NCBI GenBank assembly: GCA_036278435.1
Contig: DASULA010000093.1
Coordinates: 1 to 60,676, forward strand
Reading direction: 5' to 3'
DNA length: 60,676 bases
Source: Mycobacteriales bacterium
GTDB lineage: Bacteria > Actinomycetota > Actinomycetes > Mycobacteriales > DASULA01
Positions 53,791-60,676 of the stretch are shown here, in pieces. Under the pieces are notes generated by a model. It did not search any database, was not told where the DNA came from, and saw only the letters and a program-made list of their open reading frames with translations. The first letter of the stretch is position 1. Each line of letters opens with the position of its first letter. A program made the position numbers and the translations under genes.

Positions 53791-54293
53791 TGAACATCTG
53801 CGCGTGCATCTGCTCGTGCATCTAGTCGCATGCCGAGGTGCTCTCCGTCCGGCGGATGCCAGATCCGATGACCTGGCAGTTGCGGATCCGGGGAAACCCT
53901 TGATATCGCCACCAATGGTGCAATACTACGATCCATTCGAGATGACCGCCGGGTGGCCAGGGGCAACCCCTGCCGCTGGCGGGGGAATGTTGGCGAACAG
54001 GGTCAGGAGGCGGTCGAGCAGGAGTGCCGGCGCTGCGTGTGGCCCGTCCGGTAATCGTGTGCAGGTACCGGGGGTCACCCAAAGCGACCGATGCTACTGA
54101 GTGCGATCGTCGGGTCGAGTGTGGAATGGACTGGTCGGGGGACGCGCGCTCCCCGACGCTCGGCTCGGCGGCAGCACGCCGCCGTCACCGCCGGGTTGGC
54201 CCGGCTGGCACCCGACTGGACGCGCGCCGCCATATCCCACGCCGGTCAGAGCCCGCGGCAGCCGGGCAGTGTCGTGCACAGGAAGGGCGGACG

Positions 54294-54662
54294 ATGAAGG
54301 CGTTCAGCAGCGGGTCGGCCACGCTGGCACCGGAGTTCGGGATCCTCAGTGGACGGTGGAACCAGTACGCGGAGTCGGGCGACCTTCCCGAATTGCCGTT
54401 CAACGCGATGTGGTGTGTGGTACCGCCCGGTGGCCGGAGTAACGAGGATTGCCACCCGGAGCTGGAATTGTCCGTGGTAGTGGACGGCGCGGCCACGTTC
54501 GAGTCGCCGAGCGGGCGGGTGGACGCATCCACTGGCACGGCCGTTCTCATGGACTCGGCGGAACGGCACGTAATCCACAACAAGTCGACGGAATCACGGC
54601 TTGTCGTCCTCAGCATTTACTGGATGCCGGAGAACTGTGCGGAGGTCGGGGATGGGAGGTGA
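54294..54662 (+). CDS. Cupin-domain protein (N-N bond-forming cupin candidate)
   Basis: CHPELELSVVVDG...GTAVLMDSAERHVIHN gives two cupin motifs. Its end overlaps the MetRS-like start by 11 nt. Confidence 0.7.
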   Translation: MKAFSSGSATLAPEFGILSGRWNQYAESGDLPELPFNAMWCVVPPGGRSNEDCHPELELSVVVDGAATFESPSGRVDASTGTAVLMDSAERHVIHNKSTESRLVVLSIYWMPENCAEVGDGR

Positions 54663-56082
54663 GAATCCACGTCCCCTTACTCTTGTCACCGCCACCGCGC
54701 CTACTCCAAACGGACCTTTACATGTGGGCCATCTGAGCGGACCGTACATCGCCGCGGATATCGCCGCCCGGGCGGCCCGCACCCGCGGTGAGCGGGTACT
54801 CACTCTGAGCGGCGTTGACCCGAACCAGAATTACGTGCTGGCGAAGTCACGGCTGCTGGGCGAGCCCGCCGATCGGGTCGTCGGACACTACGAGGACCTG
54901 GTCCGCCGGGCGTTCGACCTGGCCCGGGTCGAGTACGACGTCTTCGTTGACCCGCGGGCCGACCAGCCGTACCGGTGGGCGGTGCGTGACCTGGTGGGCG
55001 AACTGGTCGAGACCAAGGCCGCGACCGTGCGGGAGGTGCGGCTGGCCCGGTGCGAACCGTGCGGCCGGACCCTGCACCACGCCTACGTCACCGGCACCTG
55101 CCCGGTGTGCGGCAGCGGATCCGGTGGCGGGACCTGCGAGGGCTGCGGAGCGTTCACCACCGGCACCAGCCTGGTGGACGCGCGCTGTGCGGACTGCGGA
55201 ACGGCGCCGACCGAGGCCACCGTGGAGATCCCGGTGCTGCGGCTGGAGGACTACCGCGACCACCTGTGCGAGGTCTGGTCGACCGCGAGCCTGCCGGCCC
55301 GGGTGCGCTGGTTGATCGGCCGGTACCTGGCCGACGGGTTGCCCGACGTGCCGTTGGCCTACCCGACCGACTGGGGCATTCCCGGGCCCGCCCTGGGCGG
55401 CCCGGACGGCGACCGGTGGGCCGACCAGCGCGTCGACGTGTGGGTGGAGATGGGGCTGGGCTACCTGTACGCGCTGGCCCGGCACCTTGACCCGAACGTG
55501 CGGGGGGCCGAGGCCGTCGTGCGCGCGTGGTCCGATGTGGACCGGGTGTGGCACTTCCTCGGCATCGACAACGCGTTCTACTTCGCGGTGCTGTTCCCCG
55601 CGCTGTACGCGGCGGCCGGGGTGCCCGGCGGCCGACTGGGCGGGTTGGTGGTCAACGAGTTCTACCGGCTGGACGGGCTGAAGTTCTCCACCAGCCGCGA
55701 CCACGCCATCTGGGCGCACGAGTTCTTCGGCGACGAGGACCCGGACATGGTTCGGCTGTACCTGTGCTGGGACCGGCCGGACCACTACGAGAGCGACTTC
55801 ACCCGGGAGGGCTACCTGGCCTTCCGGGACTGGGTCCGGGCCCTGCGCGACGGCGGGCCGGCCGGATCCGGACCGTCCGGGCTGCCGGCGGTGTCGGCCG
55901 CACAGAACGTGCTGCGCGCCAGCGAGTCGCTGCGGCTCGCCGCGTTCGACCCGGCCGGGGCGGTGCGCTGCCTGCTTCCTGCGCTGGCCGCGGCCCCGGA
56001 CCAGGCCGCGGGCGTACTGGCGCTGCTCACCGGGCAGGCCGGAGGGAGGGAATCCGGCGGCGTGGCCGGGGCCCGGTCATGA
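54652..56082 (+). CDS. Methionyl-tRNA synthetase-like class I ligase paralog
   Basis: PTPNGPLHVGHLSGPYI (HIGH-type), Zn-knuckle CPVCGSGSGGGTCEGCG...CADCG, KMSKS position reads KFSTS. Only about 476 aa, with a short C-terminal region. Confidence 0.85.
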   Translation: MGGENPRPLTLVTATAPTPNGPLHVGHLSGPYIAADIAARAARTRGERVLTLSGVDPNQNYVLAKSRLLGEPADRVVGHYEDLVRRAFDLARVEYDVFVDPRADQPYRWAVRDLVGELVETKAATVREVRLARCEPCGRTLHHAYVTGTCPVCGSGSGGGTCEGCGAFTTGTSLVDARCADCGTAPTEATVEIPVLRLEDYRDHLCEVWSTASLPARVRWLIGRYLADGLPDVPLAYPTDWGIPGPALGGPDGDRWADQRVDVWVEMGLGYLYALARHLDPNVRGAEAVVRAWSDVDRVWHFLGIDNAFYFAVLFPALYAAAGVPGGRLGGLVVNEFYRLDGLKFSTSRDHAIWAHEFFGDEDPDMVRLYLCWDRPDHYESDFTREGYLAFRDWVRALRDGGPAGSGPSGLPAVSAAQNVLRASESLRLAAFDPAGAVRCLLPALAAAPDQAAGVLALLTGQAGGRESGGVAGARS

Positions 56083-57260
56083 CCGCGGTCATCGCGCCGC
56101 CGCGGATCGGCGTCGTCGGGGCCGGGATCGCCGGCAGCCTGCTGGCCTGGAGGCTGGCCACCGCCGGCCCGGCGGGGCGGGTCGAACTGCTCGGCGCGCC
56201 GGCTCCGGGCGGGGGGGACGCCACCGGGGTGTCCGGTGGCCTCGTCCGCGGCTTCGAGACCGACCCGACCGCCCGCCGGCTGGCCACCGCGGGCCTGGCC
56301 GAACTGCTGGCCAGCCCCACCCTGCTGGCTTGGTCGGGGTTCCGCCAGATCGGATCGGTGTACGTGATCGACCCGGCCGACGCGCCCGGGCTGGCCGCGG
56401 CTCGGGCACTGACCCGCGGGGGCACCGGTCCGCATGCCAGCGCGGCCCCGCCGGGCGCCGTGCTGACCGATGCGGCCGTACTGACCGATGCCGCCGGGCT
56501 GGCCGACCGGCACGGTTGGCGCGGCCTGCCCGCCGACTGCCTGGGCGTGGTGGAGCCACCGGCTGGACACATCTCGCCGGACGCGCTGCGCGCCGGCGTG
56601 CTGGCCGACCTGGCCGACCGGGGCGTGCCGGTGCGGCCGGAACCAGTGGTCACGATCCGGCCCGAGCCCGGCGGCGGGGCCACCGTGCTGACCGGCGCGG
56701 GCACCCACCGGTACGACGCGGTCGTGGTCGCCGCCGGCCGGTGGACCCCCCGCTTGCTGCGCGACAGCGGCCTGCCCACCGGAAACCTGCGCACCAAGCT
56801 GGTCCAGTACGGGGTGTACCAGGCCGGCGGCCCGCCACCGCCGGCATTCGTCGACGACACCACCGGGCTGTACGGGCGCGGGATGGCCGACGGGCAGGTG
56901 CTGCTCGGGGTTCCGGTGCACCACTTCGACATCGACCCGGACCACCCAGAACCGGACCACGAGGCGCAGACCCGCGCGGCTGAACTGGCCGACGTCCGAC
57001 TGCCGCTGCTGCGGCTGGGCCGGTTGAGCCGGGTGGTGGCCGGCGCGGACTGCTACGCCGAGCCGGCCCGGCTGCGACTGGCCGAACTTCCCCATCCACG
57101 GATCTACACGTTCACCGGCGGCAGCGGCGGGTCGGCCAAGTTGGCGCTGGCCGCCAGCGCCGCGGCGGCCGGTGAACTGGCCGAACTCCTCGGCATCGGC
57201 GACGCGCCCGCGCGGCGCGCCGGGATGGGACCTGAATCGGCGACAGCCGGACCGCCCTGA
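56079..57260 (+). CDS. FAD-dependent oxidoreductase (glycine/D-amino-acid oxidase family)
   Basis: RIGVVGAGIAGSLLAWRLA dinucleotide-binding fold. ATGA overlap with the upstream stop. Confidence 0.8.
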   Translation: MTAVIAPPRIGVVGAGIAGSLLAWRLATAGPAGRVELLGAPAPGGGDATGVSGGLVRGFETDPTARRLATAGLAELLASPTLLAWSGFRQIGSVYVIDPADAPGLAAARALTRGGTGPHASAAPPGAVLTDAAVLTDAAGLADRHGWRGLPADCLGVVEPPAGHISPDALRAGVLADLADRGVPVRPEPVVTIRPEPGGGATVLTGAGTHRYDAVVVAAGRWTPRLLRDSGLPTGNLRTKLVQYGVYQAGGPPPPAFVDDTTGLYGRGMADGQVLLGVPVHHFDIDPDHPEPDHEAQTRAAELADVRLPLLRLGRLSRVVAGADCYAEPARLRLAELPHPRIYTFTGGSGGSAKLALAASAAAAGELAELLGIGDAPARRAGMGPESATAGPP

Positions 57261-57387
57261 CCCGCGGCCAGGTGAACCGGCAGGTGCGGCTCGCCGGTTC
57301 CCTTCCCGGCCGGGAGGTCTGCACCGGCCTCCCGCCAGCACCTGTTCGAACACCAGACATCACGAGGCATTCGGCGAGGAGACCCAG

Positions 57388-58695
57388 ATGGCGACCAACG
57401 GACCCGCACCCGGGACCGTCGATGTGCCCACTTTCCACACGATCGGTGTAGGCGCGGGGCCAGCGAACCTGAGCCTTGCGGCGCTGTTCGGCGCGGCCGG
57501 CCCCCAGCGGGTCGGGTTGTTCGAGCGGCAGCCGTTCGCGTCCTGGCACCGCGGGCTGCTCTACTCCGGTGTGCGGATGCAGACTTCCTGGATCAAGGAC
57601 CTGGTCTCGCTGGTCGATCCGACCCATCCGATGTCCTTCCTCAGCTACCTGGTGTCCAGCGGCCGGGCGTTCGCCTTCCTCAACGCCCAGCACGACTCCA
57701 TCCCGCGGCTGGAGTTCGTCCGTTACCTGGCCTGGGCCAGTGACCAGATCGGCGACGTGCACTACGGCACCGCCATCGACGAGATCAACTTCGATGACGG
57801 GTTCGAGGTGCGCAGCCAGGGCCGCACCGTGGCCAGGTCGGACAACCTGGTGCTCGGGCTGGGCACCGAGCCGTTCATCCCACCTGGACTGTCCGGTGTG
57901 GCCGAAGACCGGCGGATCGTCGCCGACGACCTGATCGACTGGCTGGAGGGCACCGAGACCGAGCCGGCCGGGACTGACCGGCACGAGCCCATCGCGGTGG
58001 TCGGCGGTGGGCAGACCGGGGCCGAGTGCGTGATGGAGTTGCTCAATCACGGCTACGACGACGTGCGGTGGTTCGGCCGGCGGCCCTGGTTCGCCCCGCT
58101 GGACGACTCGCCGTCGGCGAACGAGTTCTACCGGCCGGCCTACGCCCAGTTCTTCCAGCAGTTACCCCGGCAGGTGCGCCGCGACCTGGTGGACAGCCAG
58201 GTGCTGACCAGCGACGGGGTGTCCGCGGCGACGCTGCGCACGCTCTACCAACACAACTACGAGCAACTGCTGCGCACCGGGCGGTTCCCGCTGACCATGC
58301 TGCCCGGCCGAGACGTGACCGGGATGGAACCGGACGCCGGCGGCGGGGTGCGGCTGGCCTGCCAGACCGCGACCGGCACCGAGACGCACGAGGTGCGGCG
58401 GATCGTGTGCGCCACCGGCCGCCGCCCGTCGGCGTTGCCGTTCGGGCCGGAACTGGCCGAGCGGGTGGAACTGGACGAGACCGGTGACCTGATCGTCGAG
58501 GACGACTTCTCGGTCCGCTGGAAGGGCAGCAACGGGCACAGGATCTACGCGCAGAACCGGGCCCGCTACACCCACGGCCTGACCGACGCGAATCTGAGCC
58601 TGCTCCCGATGCGCAGCGCGGTGATCATCAACTCGCTGTTCGAGCGTGAGATCTTCGACATCCGCGACGAGAACCTCAGCACCGCATGGGGTTGA
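57388..58695 (+). CDS. Lysine N6-hydroxylase / ornithine N5-oxygenase family flavin monooxygenase (IucD/SidA-like)
   Basis: HTIGVGAGPANLSLAAL...FSWHRGLL...MQTSWIKDLVS..DPT.P.SFL.YL and VVGGGQTGAE, collinear with IucD as I recall it. ATG follows GAGGAG. Confidence 0.85.
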   Translation: MATNGPAPGTVDVPTFHTIGVGAGPANLSLAALFGAAGPQRVGLFERQPFASWHRGLLYSGVRMQTSWIKDLVSLVDPTHPMSFLSYLVSSGRAFAFLNAQHDSIPRLEFVRYLAWASDQIGDVHYGTAIDEINFDDGFEVRSQGRTVARSDNLVLGLGTEPFIPPGLSGVAEDRRIVADDLIDWLEGTETEPAGTDRHEPIAVVGGGQTGAECVMELLNHGYDDVRWFGRRPWFAPLDDSPSANEFYRPAYAQFFQQLPRQVRRDLVDSQVLTSDGVSAATLRTLYQHNYEQLLRTGRFPLTMLPGRDVTGMEPDAGGGVRLACQTATGTETHEVRRIVCATGRRPSALPFGPELAERVELDETGDLIVEDDFSVRWKGSNGHRIYAQNRARYTHGLTDANLSLLPMRSAVIINSLFEREIFDIRDENLSTAWG

Positions 58696-58724
58696 CCGGT
58701 GAACGGGGACAGGAGGCAGGCGGG

Positions 58725-59075
58725 ATGATCGACTACGACGGCAGGGTGTTCCGGTCGTCGGCCACCGAGACGGCCGATGCCGGCGGGGTGGGACCGGAGG
58801 GCCACTACCACCAGCGGGGCAACCAGGTCTGGGCCGAGTTCGTCGGCGGGAAGGTGCTGCGCGGCAATCTGGTGGGCACCTGCGACAGCGACGGCACCCT
58901 GCACCTGGCCTACTGCCAGCTCCTGGCCGGTGGAGCGGTCGTGGCCGGCTCGTGCACCAGCACCCCGCGGGTCCTCGATGACGGCCGGGTGCGGCTGGCC
59001 GAACACTGGCGCCGGTTCGACGACGCCGGTTCGACCGGTGTGTCCTACATCGAGGAGGTGTCCCGGGCGCGATGA
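58725..59075 (+). CDS. Small hypothetical protein (116 aa)
   Basis: ATG after GGAGGCAGGCGGG, with good codon bias. No motif I can name with confidence. Confidence 0.55.
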   Translation: MIDYDGRVFRSSATETADAGGVGPEGHYHQRGNQVWAEFVGGKVLRGNLVGTCDSDGTLHLAYCQLLAGGAVVAGSCTSTPRVLDDGRVRLAEHWRRFDDAGSTGVSYIEEVSRAR

Positions 59076-59713
59076 CCGACCGACTGTCTCCAACCCCGCG
59101 GACCAGGGTGCGCCGGCAGTCGGCGCTGGCGTCGGACCGCCGCGCCGACCTGTACTCCATCCTGGACGCCTCGACCGTGTGCCACCTGGGCGTGCTGCTC
59201 GACGGCGCGCCCGCGGTGTTCCCCACCGGGTACGGCCGCCACGGCGACCTGCTGTACCTGCACGGGTCGGTGGCCGCCCGCAGCCTGGCCGCGGCGCTGG
59301 CGCATCCGGTGTGCGTGTGCGTGACCCATCTGGATGGTGTGGTCTACGCCCGCTCGCTCTACAACCACACGGTGAACTACCGCAGCGCCATGGTCTACGG
59401 CCAGGCCCGGTTGGTCACCGACAGCACCGAGCTGATGCACGGGCTGCGGGTGCTCACCGAACACCTGGCGCCCGGGCAGTGGGACTACGCCCGGCGGCCC
59501 AGCCGTCGGGAGCTGGCCGCCACCTCGTTGCTGGCCGTGCCGCTGGACGAGGCCTCGGTGAAGATCCGCTCGGGTCCGCCCCAGGATGACGAACCCGATT
59601 ACGACCTGCCCATCTGGGCTGGAGTGGTACCCATCTCCATGCTGCGGGGCGACCCGCTGGCATGCCCACGCCTGGCACCGGGAACTCCGGTGCCCGACCA
59701 CATCGGACACTGA
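59072..59713 (+). CDS. Pyridoxamine 5'-phosphate oxidase-family (FMN-binding split-barrel) protein
   Basis: Y.ILD....CHLG......P.V.PT.Y.R.GD.LYLHGS pattern. ATGA overlap with the upstream stop. Confidence 0.8.
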   Translation: MTDRLSPTPRTRVRRQSALASDRRADLYSILDASTVCHLGVLLDGAPAVFPTGYGRHGDLLYLHGSVAARSLAAALAHPVCVCVTHLDGVVYARSLYNHTVNYRSAMVYGQARLVTDSTELMHGLRVLTEHLAPGQWDYARRPSRRELAATSLLAVPLDEASVKIRSGPPQDDEPDYDLPIWAGVVPISMLRGDPLACPRLAPGTPVPDHIGH

Positions 59714-59727
59714 CAAGGAGGCGACGC

Positions 59728-60066
59728 ATGCAGCTCATCGAGGGTGCCGGCGTCTACACACCGCCCAAGGACGAGCCGAACCACTGGATCGAGCACCTGC
59801 GTGGTTCCGACCTGAGCGTCGGCACCTACTCGATCGCGGCTGGCGGCCTGGACGACCAGCGGCCGCACTTGGAGGACGAGATCTACGTGGTGCAGACCGG
59901 TCGGGCCACCATCGTGACCGACACCGGCCGGGCCCAGGTGCAGCCCGGTTCGGTCGTGTTCGTGCCGGCCAACGAGAAACACCAGTACGTGGACATCATC
60001 GAGGACCTCACCCTGGTCGTGATCGTCGCTCCGCCGTACAAAACCCGCGAGCAGGCTGCCACCTGA
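59728..60066 (+). CDS. Cupin-domain protein
   Basis: HLEDEIYVVQTGRATI...GSVVFVPANEKHQY two-motif cupin. ATG follows AAGGAGG. Confidence 0.75.
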   Translation: MQLIEGAGVYTPPKDEPNHWIEHLRGSDLSVGTYSIAAGGLDDQRPHLEDEIYVVQTGRATIVTDTGRAQVQPGSVVFVPANEKHQYVDIIEDLTLVVIVAPPYKTREQAAT

Positions 60067-60267
60067 GCAGCGCCGGCGGGCACCGGTACGGTGCCCGCCG
60101 GCCGCTGGCCGCCGCCACCCGCGCCCGGATCGCGGATTGGCGGACCGGCGGGTCGTGATTCGCCTTCGACCCGGTAGGGCCCGGCGGTACGTCCAAATAT
60201 TCGGACAGACGATGCCGACCAGCCCAGAAATACGTATTAATCCCCAAAAAACTGACCTGGAGTCGTC

Positions 60268-60676
60268 GTGACCGAATTCGATGCCGTCGCTGACGGCGAA
60301 CCGCTGGTGGAGCCAGTCGCGATCGTGGGCATGGCCTGCCGACTGCCCGGCGCCGCGGACGTGGACACCTACTGGCGCAACCTGGTCGGCGGCGTCGAGT
60401 CGGTGCGGCGGTACACCCGTGCCGAGCAGGAGGCACGCGGCGTGCCGGCACACCTGCTGGACGCCCCGAACTGGGTGTCGGTGTCGTCCACTCTGGACGA
60501 TCCGGAGTACTTCGACGCGGCCTTCTTCGGGATGACCCGGCGGGAGGCCGACGTCCGGGACCCGCAGCAGCGGATCTTCCTGGAACTGGCCTACACCGCC
60601 CTACAGGACTCCGGGTACGACCCGGCCCGGTTCGACGGCGAGATCGGCGTGTACGGCGGCCTGGGCGCAGACGAGT
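60268..60676 (+). CDS. Type I polyketide synthase, N-terminal ketosynthase domain (truncated by the window end)
   Basis: Hand translation: VTEFDAVADGEPLVEPVAIVGMACRLPGAADVDTYWRNLVGGVESV...DPEYFDAAFFGMTRREADVRDPQQRIFLELAYTALQDSGYDP. Open to the last base, so absent from the track. GTG follows GGAG. Confidence 0.85.
   Translation, partial: MTEFDAVADGEPLVEPVAIVGMACRLPGAADVDTYWRNLVGGVESVRRYTRAEQEARGVPAHLLDAPNWVSVSSTLDDPEYFDAAFFGMTRREADVRDPQQRIFLELAYTALQDSGYDPARFDGEIGVYGGLGADE

Noticed and set aside
54652-56082. Housekeeping methionyl-tRNA synthetase (metG).
   Set aside because: The KMSKS loop reads KFSTS and the product is only about 476 aa with a short C-terminal region. The gene is also sandwiched, with overlaps, between a cupin and an FAD oxidase, with a lysine N6-hydroxylase next in the run. 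That context is the known N-N-forming cassette rather than a translation gene.

Overview
High-GC actinomycete chromosomal window, with spot counts of about 75% GC per 60-nt line in core genes. It holds about 65 supportable CDSs and two tRNAs. Most extra ORFs in the track are high-GC shadow or antisense frames.

Layout:
- 1-14 kb: secreted PQQ-like propeller, RCC1-repeat protein, a run of small-molecule tailoring genes (2 O-methyltransferases, 2 SDRs, GNAT), F420/LLM oxidoreductase, a MarR pair, a quinone oxidoreductase and an erythromycin-esterase-family protein.
- 14.2-15.0 kb: decayed region with an IS5-like relic next to tRNA-Arg(CCT).
- 15-24 kb: cell-envelope genes (NlpC/P60, GT87, MMPL, LiaS/R-like two-component system plus DUF4097).
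- 24-35.6 kb: conserved actinobacterial core synteny (xdhC, DUF62, frameshifted ybjQ, moaC-moaB-moaE-moaD, CBS, SAF, FmdB, 5-FTHF cyclo-ligase, galU, moeA/glp, rimJ-like, GlpR/SepX-like) ending at tRNA-Ala(CGC).
- 35.6-47.3 kb: a lower-GC island directly after tRNA-Ala, opening with an ISL3 transposase remnant. It carries a tightly overlapped minus-strand operon: 2 paralogous HxD..H oxygenase-like genes, an untracked 53-55 aa precursor-like ORF, YcaO, TfuA, M16 peptidase, methyltransferase, JmjC/cupin-4, MFS, M16-like partner. I read this as a thioamide-type RiPP cluster that I cannot assign to a named family. It is the best candidate for something new.
- 48-53.5 kb: RraA-like plus split ThDP decarboxylase, secreted proteins, FAD monooxygenase.
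- 53.6-53.8 kb: a sharply AT-rich block (27% GC in one 60-nt line).
- 54.3 kb to the window end: cupin, MetRS-like, FAD oxidase and lysine N6-hydroxylase, which is the known hydrazine (N-N bond) forming enzyme set. These are followed by small accessory genes and the start of a type I PKS that runs off the window.

All family calls come from motif recognition by eye; no database search was run.
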